Below are positions 38,488 to 51,200 of a stretch of 64,000 bases of DNA, piece after piece; within the stretch, counting starts at the first letter, position 1, and each line of letters begins with the position of its first letter. Origin of the DNA: Callorhinchus milii (taxonomy: Eukaryota); NCBI RefSeq assembly GCF_018977255.1, contig NW_024704742.1, positions 74,464,001 to 74,528,000 on the forward strand, read 5' to 3'. The translations under genes and the position numbers were made by a program. Under the pieces are notes generated by a model. That model ran no database searches. It was not told the origin of the DNA and saw only the letters and a program-made list of their open reading frames with translations.

Positions 38488-38557
38488 CTGAAGACAGGGT
38501 CATAATTTGTAAGCTGATGAGAACAAAGAGCGTGAGCACAGTGGCTGTAGGGTCCAT
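38488..38557 (-). CDS. Exon 1 of a secreted repeat protein (ODAPH-like candidate): signal peptide MDPTATVLTLFVLISLQIMTLSS
   Basis: Strong Kozak context GCCATGG, 23 codons plus 1 nt with a hydrophobic core, consensus donor CAG|gtaagg (phase 1), TATA box about 38 nt upstream. Confidence 0.85.
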
Positions 38558-38594
38558 GGCTGAAATGTAATCCCAGTGAAGAGCTCAGCTGGTG

Positions 38595-38672
38595 TTATAT
38601 AGAGGTACATGACATACATTACACTCCCTCATAACCTTAAACCAATAATTAGTGTGCATAAGGTACCAATCA
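38595..38672 (-). promoter_or_regulatory. Proximal promoter of the repeat-protein gene: TATATAA plus two CCAAT boxes
   Basis: TATATAA on the - strand at 38601-38595; CCAAT on the + strand at about 38642 and about 38666. Confidence 0.6.
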
Positions 38673-39234
38673 CACAATCACAGACGTTGCAATTTAGCCT
38701 AGAGATCTGTACTTTCTTCCAAAAGCCAAGATTTCATGACTTCCAGTGATAAACACATCATTATTCTCTCTGTACATCAGTTTTCATTTGGCTTTTTAAT
38801 AGAAAACATGCTGCCCTAGCATTTACATTGTGCCATTGTTCTTACGCTATATAGTAATTTATACTGTGGTACAGGGAATTTACACTTTGAAGATGTACAT
38901 TTTCATTATATATATGTTTGTATTGTGGGATCTTCATTATATATGTTTACATTTTGCCCACAAAATATACAGTCAATTCACTTTACAGTATATTCTGCGA
39001 AGGCTTTGAGATGTCCCAAAGATGTTATAAGGCGCTATGTCAAATGCAAGGATGATTATTATTATTATTTCTATCTACAGTTGCATTGAAGGATGCCCAG
39101 GCTCTATACAAATTTACACAATCTTTCTATGCCCCATTTTCTCCATTCTTGGTCAGCTAGGACCACCATACATGTCAGGCCTTTGGCTTGCAGGTTTAAC
39201 AGGAGCTGAAGGTGGTAGACTGCAAAGCTGAACA

Positions 39235-40070
39235 GAACAGGTTACAGGAGGACTTGAACATACTTGGGAATATGGCAGATTGATGGCAGATGAAATTTAA
39301 TGCAGAGAAATGCAAAGTGCTTCATATGGGGACAAACAATCCAAGAAGGGACTATTATTTAAATGGCAAGAAAATAATCTGAAAGAAAAAGGACCTGGGG
39401 ATCCTGATTGACAATAAATTGAAGCTATCGCAACAGTGCTCGGTAGCAGTGAGTAAAGCAAACCAGATGCTAGGTTGTATAAAAAAGGCAACATTGAGCC
39501 AAAAGAGTGGGGTAATCCTGACACATTACAAATCACTGCTGTTTGCAGTTCTTGTCACCGAAATACAAAAAGGATACTGTAGCAATTGAGAGGATACAGA
39601 AGAGGGTAACCAGAATGATTGAGGGGATGGAGGGACTGGACTATGAGGAGCGATTAGGTATACGGGGCATGTTCACACCGGAGAAGAGAAGGTTGAGGGG
39701 CTATATGATTGCGGTCTTTAAGATTCTAAAGGGACTAGATAATGTAGACCATGATAAGCTGTTTTATCTTGCACTGAACAGTAGAATCAGAGGACACGGC
39801 CTGTGACTCAAGGGGGTTCAATTAAAATAAATCTGCAGAAAAACTACTTCAGTGAGTGAGTAGTAAATGTATGGAACAGGTTCAGTAGGGAAACGGTGGA
39901 AGCAGAAAGTTTTGATTCTTTCAAGAACAAATTAGATGGATTTCTATTAGGAAATAATATCTCGGAAAGCAGTTTATAGTTTGGGACATGACACATTCAT
40001 ATGACTGCCAAGATGGAGGAAGGTGAACTGGATGAACCTCGGTCTTTTGTTTAGCAATTCTTATGCTCTG
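39235..40070 (+). mobile_element. CR1 fragment about 0.7 kb upstream of the repeat-protein gene start
   Basis: WQMKFNAEKCKVLH-like DNA and ERIQKRVTRMIEG...RGHGL. Confidence 0.9.
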
Positions 40071-40799
40071 GTGTTCTTATAGTAGGAGGCCCCTTCAATT
40101 GTTATTAATGAACCAAGTTGGTCTGCCCACTGAATCCTCCCCCAAAGGAGGATAGTCAATAGTCGATCATTTGACATCGCACAAGCAGGTTCGAGCCCTC
40201 TCTTGGGGGATGGCAACTGCCAGGATCTCCTGTGATGGTGCCAATACTCTCACACATTTCATGCTGGACAGTACAGCTCAGTATAATTTGTGAGAGAACA
40301 TTGCCACCAACCTCCTGCCCACATCCCTTCCCACTGAGCAATGGTTCCACCAATTGAAGATGCTGAGCTTGAGCAACAGCTGCTTACCTCTCTACCAACC
40401 AATCATGGTGGATTCCAAACCCTGGATATATGAGTATGAGTCAATGAAGCCACACTCCAGGTATCACCTTCCAGAGCTGTCAACCCAAACCTCACAGTTT
40501 CCTCCTCAGCTATTCAATAGACATCTGCCTTCAGCTTAGTGGGATGACCTTTACAGGACAGCTTGTGATGTGCCAGCCACCTTGATATTTTAGAAGCCAA
40601 AGGCCAATGTTTACTCAGCACTAGATGCTAAATCCAGGTCCTCATGTGAAGAACTTTGAAGCTAACTCCATGAAGCTGACTCTTTCAAGCACCACCACCT
40701 CCAGGTACTCAGCAACAGCCCTCCCACCCTGCAGCCTCTTGTTTACCATAGAGTGCTCTTTGCTCCTTCTCCATGGGGTCCCGCAGGCCACACACACAA

Positions 40800-41180
40800 A
40801 ATTACATTTGTATAGTGCTTTTCATGTCAGGAGGGCAGTCAGGTATTTGGACCCAAATGGAATTGGGGGGGGATGGGTTGGGGCGAGGGAGGGTGGAAGG
40901 CATGGAGGGTAGGGGAGTGGTCGAAGGCACGATCAAAGAGGAGGGTCTTGAGTGGTGCCTTGAAGAAGGCAAGGGAAGGAGTGAGGTGAAGGGAATGTGC
41001 AATGGAGTTCCAAAGGATGGGGTGAGAGGCTGAAGGCCCGACTGCCAATGGTGGGGTGGTCCGGGCATGGGATGGGAGCACTGGAACCTGCTAAGCGGAG
41101 GGAGCGGACAGGTTGAAGGGGTTAACAAGTCACTGAGGTTGGAAGGGGCTAGGCCGTGGAGGATTTTGAAGGCGAGTTTC
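40800..41180 (-). mobile_element. L2 3' fragment
   Basis: LAFKILHGLAPSNLSDLL, FKAPLKTLLFDRAF and tail. Confidence 0.8.
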
Positions 41181-41699
41181 CAAGCAAGGATTCGTGTCCA
41201 CCACAATCCCCACATACCAATAAACAACAACAACAACAACAACAACAAAATTACATTTATAGAGCGACTTTCACATTGGGAGGACGTCCCAAGGTGCTGG
41301 ACAGTCAAAAATTGTTAAACAGTTAAACAATCAATAATTGGGATGTGGACCTTGTATCTTCCAATCGGAACATTTACAATCCCCTCTTAAGCCATGTAAA
41401 GACATAATACTGCTTTTGTTGTCCCCATCACTAAGTGGGCCAACAGCAACAACAAATTGCATTTCTATAGCATCCTTTACCACATGCCCACCTGCAATCA
41501 TACCTAACCCTCAACATAGCTGAAACCTTCATTCAAGTATTCGTAACCTTCCCTGTTAAACTTTTCAATGTCTTCCTCACTAGTCTCCCCAGTTCGAGTA
41601 CCCACAAAATTCAACTGATCCCAAACTCTGCAGCTTGCATTCTCTCCCTAGCTCATTGTCAAGCTCCACTACTACAAGCGCTTAACACTGAACTGGGGA

Positions 41700-42070
41700 G
41701 AAAGAGGAAGTGACCATAGGCACTGTTAAAGCGCAAGGTCTTTAGATGTAATTTGGGTGAGAATACAGGCAGCAGAATTTTGGATCAGTTGGGTTTTGTG
41801 GATAGTAAAGCTGGGGAGACCATTGAGGAGGACATTGGAAAATTTGAGGCGTGAAGTGACCAATGCGTGAATGAAGGTTTCAGCTAAGTCAAGAGTGAGG
41901 TATGGTGGAGGCGGGCAATATGGTGAAGGTGGAGGAAAGTGGTCAGGGAGCAGATGTGAGGTAAGGATCAAACCTGATGCACAGATTGCCCACAGGTTCA
42001 GTGAATGAAGACAGAGCCGCAGGAGAGAAGACATTGATGGGAACCAAGGAGGATGGCTTCCATCTTGTCA
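41700..42070 (-). mobile_element. L2 fragment
   Basis: AETFIHALVTSRLKFSNVLLNGLP. Confidence 0.75.
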
Positions 42071-42949
42071 AAGGTATTGAAGGGCCAGCATTCAAGATGC
42101 CCAGGTGAGTTCTCTGGTTGATGATATAGTACCACTTCTGTATAAGATCTAAGAAGCAAGTAAAGACTTTGCCGTTTTTGTGCAGCAGGTTGTCAGGTCA
42201 ATGGCAACTATTGAAGAGCAATAGAATGGAAAGGCCATGTGTATGAGGGAACAGATGTTGGATTAGTTTTCCACAAACAATGTGCTGGAACATATTTAAT
42301 TTGTTTTTATTTTCAAAACTGAAATCAATTCTCCTTTAAGGATATATCTATGTCATAGCTAATTTTGCAATAAGTAATTCATATTTTCAGAAATAGCTTT
42401 TCCTAAGCTTCAAATTGATAGGTGTGTGATCCATAGAATAATTCCACATCACGGAAACTCAGCATATAAGTACAATTATCCCAGTCAACATGCTCAGTCA
42501 CTGGCTACTTTAATGACATAGCAATAAGATGGTACTTTGCCAGCAAACCAGCATTTAGTGTAGTGGAGCCAGTATAAGTGAAGCCATTTATAATTATCAT
42601 AATTTGTTTAATCACATAAATCATCAGTGGCATCATCAATAAGCAGATAGCATTTCTTCTGACCTTCATAAAACAAAGAGTTACATTTTGAGTTAAGGCT
42701 GGAATCTGATTAGCCTCACTGGGTTTTTGTGATTATACTTCCTTCTGCTTTGCATTTGTTATAAACATTGCATGACAATCAGAAGATAAGAAGTCAGTCT
42801 ATCTTTTTGTCAGGTGGATATCTGAGATTTATGGGACATCTTGTGATGTACCAGTTTTCTTGGTGTTCTCGAGGTCCAAGTCCAATGGAGTGTACCAGGC
42901 TTATTCTACATCAACTGTTTCAGGCTGCTCAGTGACAGAATATATCACT

Positions 42950-43520
42950 GGCATAGAATACAAAAGTCAGGAAGTTATGATGAATCTTTATAAAACACTG
43001 GTTAGACCTCAGCAAGAATACTGTGTTCAGTTCTGGGCACCACACTTTAGGAAGGATGTCAAGGCATTGGAGAGGGTGCAAAAGAGATTTACCAGGATGG
43101 TACCAGGAATGAGGGACTTCAGTTATCAGGAGAGGCGAGAGAAACTAGGGTTATTCTCTTTGGAGCGGAGAAGGTTAAGAGGAGACTTAATAGTTGTTTT
43201 CAAAATGATGAGGGGATTTGATAGGGTGAACAAGGAGAAACTATTTCCTCTGGCGGGTGGGTCAGTAACCCGAGGGCACCGATTTAATATAGTTGTTAAA
43301 AGAAACAGAGGGGAGGTGAGGAGACATTTTTTCACACAGCGAGTTGTTCGGATCTGGAATGCATTGCCTGAAAGGGTGGCGGAAGCTGATTCGATATAAC
43401 ACCTTTTAAGAGAGAAGTAGATAATTATTTGGTGAGGACAAGTTTGCAGGGCTATGGGGAGAGAGCGGGGCAATGGGATTGATTTGGTAGCTCTTTTCAA
43501 AGAGCTGGCAGAGACACAAT
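42950..43520 (+). mobile_element. CR1 3' fragment
   Basis: GIEYKSQEVMMNLYKTLVRP..EYCVQFWAP...FFTQRVVRIWNALP. Confidence 0.92.
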
Positions 43521-43904
43521 AGGGTATTTTGATTAAATTCCCACATTTTAACTACAAAACTAGGGCTTGTGCATTGTTTTTCACATGCATTTATTCCAAT
43601 GTCAGTTCTACATGGGAACATAGATATTTTTGACACACAGGGTACTATTCTGCCCATTGAATATGTGACCCGTAAGTTGGTTTATAATTCACCTTTTTAA
43701 TGATCACACTTCCCAGCTCTTTTGCTTTATCCCTTAGTGTTTAAAGTTGGTTATATGAGAGACAGTCGTATTCTTGTCGTACTTTTGGCTTCAGCTCTCT
43801 CAGCATTCCATTCTGCACATTGTAAACTTATTGATGTCATGAGTAATAATAACTGAAATGTTGATTATAGTTTAATAAGATCTCTTGAGTTAGAAGCGAG
43901 GTAC

Positions 43905-43976
43905 TTCTGTGACTAGGAGGTGAACCCAGGCTGTAGTGGTGAAAGCTCTGAATCCTAAGCGCAAGACCACCAGGGA
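43905..43976 (-). pseudogene. tRNA-Glu(TTC) pseudogene
   Basis: Reverse complement TCCCTGGTGGTCTTGCGCTTAGGATTCAGAGCTTTCACCACTACAGCCTGGGTTCACCTCCTAGTCACAGAA aligns over 72 nt with vertebrate tRNA-Glu, with CpG decay and broken stems. Confidence 0.8.
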
Positions 43977-44595
43977 GTAGATCACGGTCACCATGCTGTA
44001 ATAAAGCCAACCTTTGACGGAAATGGGAGGACAGGGTGTTGCAGAGTTTCTCCTAATCACGATGACTCAGCCAACTCCCTTATAAATGCAGTAGAAATAA
44101 CAGGGATCAGACAAATTTACATTCTGTCAAATTGCTACCTCATTTTTTCAGCTTGTAAATATTCATCCAGTTATGATGTACATCTAAAAAAAGTCACTGA
44201 GTTCAGTGTATCCTAGTCATTCAAAACAATTAACCTGAGGCTTAAACTCATGCTGTTTTATCTACAGTGATACTGCCAACCGAAGCGGGTAGAATTCTAT
44301 CAATTCAATGTAAGTGTAAGGTACCTAATTTTGGGTTCACAATAACACAGCAACCGTAAATTTATGTGTCAAAAGTCAATTTGTTTTTTTTTACAAAAAT
44401 TATGTGGTGAAAAGGACGTGCTAGGATAGTGTATTTTAAGATGTTTTATAAGTGTGTACACAGTTGAAGTGGGCCTTTAAATACACAACTCAAATAGATA
44501 AGATACCAAATAGAGTAAAACTCCATTATAATGCAATAGTTTGGATCCATGAAATCCCATGTCCCTGATCGCTGGTCAGCAATTCTTTAAGTTCT

Positions 44596-45068
<473 letters not shown>

Positions 45069-45610
45069 CAGGACGGAGTCTGATCATCAAGACGAGATGA
45101 GAAAAACTGAAAACAAAATATATCAAAAACAAGGGGAAAATCAAGAGCCTAAAGATCCTAGAAAGTTTCAGATAGTAAAACCAGACAACCAAAATACAGT
45201 GGTGGAACAAGAGGTACTGGTAGGAACAGATAATTGTGATGTGGTAGGAATCATATGACTAAACCAGAATGATGAAAGAGAATATAACTTAATTCAGCAC
45301 CCAGACAATACTTTAGGATGCACCAAGCCAGTGGAAAAAGAAGATGTAAGTTTGGAGTTGCAAAGAGTGATTTCAGAACAGATAGGGAAGTTTTTCTTTA
45401 CCCAGAAGGAAATTAATGACTGGAACAGGTTACTAGGAAGAGTAGTTGAGGCCAGGAAACTGGACTAATTTAACAAGCAGCGTAATGCTGTGCTGGGACG
45501 ACAGTAGAGTAGGTATTCTGTCGGGATGGTATTATACAATCCCAATAACCTTCTTCATCCAAATCAATCTTGTGAAGTTCTTGTTCCACAACCGTGTACA
45601 GGTATCACCA

Positions 45611-45630
45611 CAGCACCACCTAGTGGCCAC
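45611..45630 (-). promoter_or_regulatory. CTCF-like binding motif
   Basis: Reverse complement GTGGCCACTAGGTGGTGCTG closely matches the CTCF core consensus. Motif match only. Confidence 0.45.
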
Positions 45631-45819
45631 GCTCTGGTCATGACTGGAACTACAAAATATCATTATAATAATCCTTGCATTTTGATGCAGTGTCTTTTAC
45701 GTCAAATATCTCAAAATGCTTCACAGATAATTTCCTATCAAATGCAGTGACCGTGTATTTGTAAGCAACAGCAAAGTTCCACAGGAATGACTTCATAGGA
45801 ATGACATTAATCTCAGTGA

Positions 45820-46130
45820 GCTCTGGCCTGCTTCACATCCCCCGCCTCGCCCGCCCCACCATTGTTGGGCAGGCCTTCAGCCTCGCTGCTCCCACCCTCT
45901 GTTCTGTTACTCCATCCCACAGACTCTCCACCTTGCCCCTTCAAAACTCCCCTCAAGACCCTCCTCTTAAACCGTGCCTTCGGTCACCCTCCTTACCCAT
46001 AGCCTTCCCACCCTCCACCCCTCCTGACCCCAACCACCAGCTCAGGTGTGGATTCCTAACTGTCCAGCGCCTTGAGACATCCTCCTGACATGAAAGACGC
46101 GATACAAATGTAATTTATTGTTATTGTTAT
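45820..46130 (+). mobile_element. L2 3' fragment
   Basis: SGLLHIPRLARPTIVGQAFS and tail. Confidence 0.75.
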
Positions 46131-46942
46131 TGTCGCCCAAGAGAAACACAATGAAAAACTATCTTCTCTTTTTGAACATTATCAAAGGATCTCATTTATC
46201 TCATCTGAAGGGCAATACAGTGCACCCCACCAGCACTGTTTCTACAGCACTGCACTGAAATGTCAGCCTGGATTATGAGCTCATATTCTGACAGGGGTTG
46301 AGCCCATATAACATCACACCATGAAATACAATTTGTAAAGCAGAATATCATGAGAACAGAAATGAAGAGAATAAACTGAAGAAAATTAAAGGTCAAACCG
46401 AGTATGAATAAAGGGAACATTGCATGGAACATGAGAAAGCTTCCGATTTGTGCGATTTGGCTCATTGTTAAAATGTCTTTTCTGTCATTATCTTTTGAAA
46501 AACAACTTCAACAACAACAGCAACTTGCATTTATATTGTGCTGGACGGCGTATTGGAAATGGTTTTAATAATTGTGCAATAAGTACTTCAATTCCTTGAA
46601 GTGCACAAGATGCAAAGAATTCTAAGTTTCTTTGCAAATTGAAAAGTCCTCCCTACGTGAAAGGCGCTTTACAAATATAATTTTGTAATTTTATATTGTG
46701 AGTTTGACTTGGTATCCTGTGAAGTGAAAATGAACTGCCAAGTCTGTGGGTGGCAAGAACGTTGGCGGCAATTAATGGGTTCTGTCGAGGTGTGGCACAA
46801 AGGTGTTCATACCCAGAGCAGCTGATTGTTAAAGACTGAATTAGACCACAATCTCGGGAACGTGAGTAAACATATCACATTTTCACTGCATGGGATATTG
46901 GCATCCTTATCAGTATGTTTTCCAGATTAATTGCTTATTAAT

Positions 46943-47331
46943 GGAGTCCTGTAGCTCAGTGGTTAGAGCACTCGGCTCGCAAGCGAGAGACCTGGGTTTG
47001 ATTGCTGGCAGGGAGAAATGTTGCGAAACTTCCTTACTTCACACGTCTCTGTTTCTCTGTCAACCTAGCAGTAAGTAGGAACCTGGTTGTTTGTCAATTG
47101 GCAGATCGCTTTTCCGGGGGTAATAATTCCTTAAAAAAAAACAATAATTTGGTCACTTCAATCCACGACTGTTTGTGGGACACTGCTGTGTGCAATTGGC
47201 TGCCACGTTTTCCCCACAAAATATACTGTCAACTCACTTTACAGTTTATTCTGTGAAGCGCTTTGAGACGTCTCAAAGACATGATAAGGTGCTATATCAA
47301 ATGCAAGGTGCATTATTATTATTATTATTAT
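46943..47331 (+). mobile_element. tRNA-SINE, long subfamily
   Basis: Head, extra central segment and tail. Confidence 0.88.
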
Positions 47332-47879
47332 TCACTTCTTGGCTCTGTGTGAGTTTTTGTTTCAGGGTCGATTGAATTATATGATGTGTGTGTGCACTGC
47401 CTCATTTCTGGAACCCTGAGGTTCTTCAGGAAGGGAAAAGTTCAATCTTTGCCTTTTCTCTCTGACTTTCCCGTGGGTGATCTTCAGTTGTGCCATCCTT
47501 TTCGAGGTCGTTGGACATTGCCTTGCATTCTTTAGCAATTCTGGTGATGTGGGACATTTCCTGGGCTGTTGTATGTCAGTCACACTCAGGTATCAGCTCA
47601 ACACTGGACTTGATCAGAACCAGGACAAATGGACATCATTATCACAAACAGTGTACAGTAAACTTCTGATAATTCACCCCTGGTTTAACTAAAATGTTTC
47701 TAACTAGTCACTACCAATTATGTCGCCATGCTGTCAATATCCCTGCCACTTCATATGCAAAATATTAATAAGGAACTCTGCTTTACTTGTCACTCCACTT
47801 AATATGTAACTAGTTGCATTCTAGAAATTCTTGGAAGTAAATTGTAAATGTAAAATTGATTGCATAACTCATCTCATAA

Positions 47880-48285
47880 GATGATGTCCAGCTTGGCAAG
47901 GGCCTCCCGCTCTATCCTGTGTGCGGTACTGGCGCAGTATAGGTTGGATGCGCATGCTTAGATGCATTGCAGAGGCCTGTGGTCCACTAGAGGGGTGTGC
48001 TGTGGCCTCCTGCCTTTCACAGGATAGGGTGAGAAACCGTGACACACCCTCCAGTAGACCCGAGGCTTATGCGACACGGCCTTTCAATAGACCAGAGGTC
48101 TCTGCATTCCATCTGAGCATGTGCACCCTCTGCTGAGTGCCTTGTGGGCCCGGAGGACCTATGCCTAACTCGCCGCACCGGATAACTCGTCGCTGAGCTC
48201 TTTTCCCTTGGAGTGACGAGTTACCAGGAGTTTACTGTACATTGCTCAGCCAGGCATAGGGACACATCCTCAGGCTTATAACATT
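47880..48285. other. GC-rich, strongly self-complementary element of about 400 bp
   Basis: Several long imperfect inverted repeats; see the corresponding finding. Confidence 0.6.
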
Positions 48286-51200
48286 CACATAAAGAAGAGA
48301 GCATATATTTATCACCAGAAATAACCAAACACTGGATTTAGATTTTTACCACAATTACTCATTTGGGAAGAAAATGTCATTCTTGACGATGACCCTACAA
48401 AGAGGATTTAGACCTATGAATATTGTGCTGAAAAATGCAACGTTGAACAGATTTGAGACCACGCTCTTCTAATTTTGTATTCCATTATCTTGATTCTGTA
48501 GAAGTGAGACTTTTGAAATATTAACCTTCAAGATTCAGAAAACTAGTATGGACTAAGATAAAATAATAATAATGTGCTATAGAATCTATAATATTGAAAG
48601 GTCTCCAAGTGCTTCACAGAAAATTGCTTTGAGATATAGCAAAGCTTTGAGATATAGGAACTGTGTATTTGTACACCAACACAATTTTCACACGATAAGA
48701 TCCCTGAAATGAATGTTTCATTTATTGGCAGTGATTATTGGCCAGGACAAACTCTTTTCTCTTTTCAAATACTGTCATTGGATCTTTAACATTCACCTGA
48801 ATAGGCAGACAGGACCTTGGTTTTAATGTCTCATCTGACAATACTGCGCAATCCTCAATCCTTTACAGAAATGACAGCCTGTGAGCTCAAAGTCCCAATG
48901 TGGGACTTGAACCCACAATCTTCAGACACTCTTAGAGACATAAGCTCTTAAATTGAATTGAGGGGTGGGGATGATTGTTTCTTGTGTTGCATTAGTGAAC
49001 GCCATCATCCTTTTGCAGCTTTACCTCTTTTTAGTATCTACAATTGGTGGAACTGCTGAGAACAAGATTGGTATCAAAATACCAGTGAAGATTGGTTTCT
49101 TCCAATGTCCAAATCAAGTGTACCAAACTCCCTCAGCCAAAATGACCAGAGACAGCAGGCCTCTGATCACTGCACTCATCATTTTTGGAGGCTTGAATTC
49201 CACAATCTAATAGATTCCAGAGAGTGAGCTCTCAAAGTCTGAAACACTCATCTTTTGCTGCAGAATTTACATTTGTACTGGTCTTGTTCACATAGTGTTT
49301 ACTCAGATAGATACAGGAAACTTTATTCAGCTAAAGTGTGTAGTTCATGGAGAGATGCAACTCTGTTCAGTCTTGCCAGTAGGAGGGGCTATTCTACTTC
49401 AGTAAGTTAAAGCAATGGGGATTTGCTAAATGGTATGAAGGTAATACACTGTGAAATTGCTAGGATTTCAGATCATCCAACATTTATAATAGAAACTGAT
49501 TATCTAAATAAACGATTGTTTGGTTTAACAAATCACAGAGAAATTAGGATTTAGAGTACAAAGATAAGATAAAGGAAAACATTGGAATAGATGGAATAAT
49601 TTATATTGGTATGTGAGTTTATTCTGTGTCTAATACATAACGCATATTAGATTCCTTTCTGGTATGCTCTTAACGTTTCTAAAACAATAGGTTAATGCAG
49701 GGTATGTAGTGGTTATTTGAAAAATAAACAGCTTGTATTTTGATAGCATCGTATCACATTGCAATGTCTCACAAGAGCTAAACATTATCAAGATTCTGTT
49801 TTTATAGTATATGCAGCAGTCATTTGCACCAGCAAGATCTCAATAATGATGATTCGAATTATTCTCTTTTGAATAGTGTCACAGGATATTTAACCAGAAA
49901 ATATATTTTAATGTATCATCAGAACGATGACACCTCTGTCAATACTGTGCTCCCCCACCACTGTACTAGAGTATCTTAACAGAAATTCATCTAATATGCA
50001 TCATGAATCACACACAGAGCTCAAGTCTTGGCATGAGACTTGAAGACGCTTTCTGGCCCAGAAGTGAAAGTGCTGCCAACTGAGCTAGGCTGACACAACA
50101 CTCACTTTTCACTGCTCTTTATTTTCTTCAGTAAATTAACAATATTTCTGCTTGAGGTTGTTGCTGAACTCCTTGTGCAATCAAATTATCTTGCTATGTT
50201 TCTGTTTCTTGGGTGATGGGATTTCAGAGGACATGAACAAATGTAAAATGTCAAACGTTAATTGCTTGCTGTAGTGGAGACTTATGAACAATTCATTTGG
50301 AATTTTCTCCTTTCTCCTGAAGATGTGTGACTCATTTTTCTTTCTCCTGGTGCTCGATACCCTCTGTTACCCTGCTCAAACGGCTATTTTTTACGTGCAA
50401 CGTAATCAACCATAGGTAAGTGTCTCAATTATGTCTGATACTGAGCACAACAAATAGATAATCACAGGTATATCCACACATAATTACCCTTCAGCATGGG
50501 TTGATGGACATTGATTAGGCGAGGGAACTGTGATATATATTTCACCATTATATGATATAATGGTGTGATTTATGTGCCTTTTTTGCTGCCCTAGCTAAGA
50601 TCCTTGAATTCAGTCAGTCAAATACTGAAAACTAGGACATGATCTTACCTGCAAATGGATACAGGCTCATGAAAAATGGGCGAGCATGGATTTTTTTTAA
50701 TAAAAAAAGTAAATGTTAAAACAAAGTTTTAAAAAAAGAGGCAAGATAAGGAAATGGAAAAAAACAGTGTGAACAGAAAACGAAAATCTTTAAAGGTATT
50801 TAAGTTGATTATTTGTTAAATTTATTTTAATTACATAAAATTAATAGTGCAAAATTATGTTATTCCTAAACACATTCAATTCAGAAAGAAACATTCTTGT
50901 TAATCCGGTTAACCAAAGCTCTGAAGGGTAAAATGGTCCTCGCTGGACAAGCAGTGGGAAGGAAGCTTGCCAGACAGTGCTCTCAAAGGCAAACTACAAC
51001 ATGCATTCTGGAGTCTCCAAGTCTTGGATCTGGCCAAAATGCACCTTGTAACTGCTGTCCTCATGCGGGTGGGGAGGAGGTAAGTGGGGTCTCCTTGGAG
51101 CTGAACTGGCTCCAGGATAACATGTTTGGCAACATATGTCAGGATCGAGCCAACCCTCTGTGGCGGTCTGGATAGTCGAGTTCCTGAGTCAGGCAGGTCC

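Noticed and set aside
31857..38557. Classifying the repeat protein as a canonical SCPP
   Set aside because: SCPP coding introns are phase 0 and there is an early S-x-E exon. This gene has a single phase-1 intron and no clear S-x-E motif.
50322..50415. Exon-like segment with an acceptor and a gtaagt donor
   Set aside because: No recognisable peptide or partner exons. I could not find RCHY1, THAP6 or PARM1 exons in the window.
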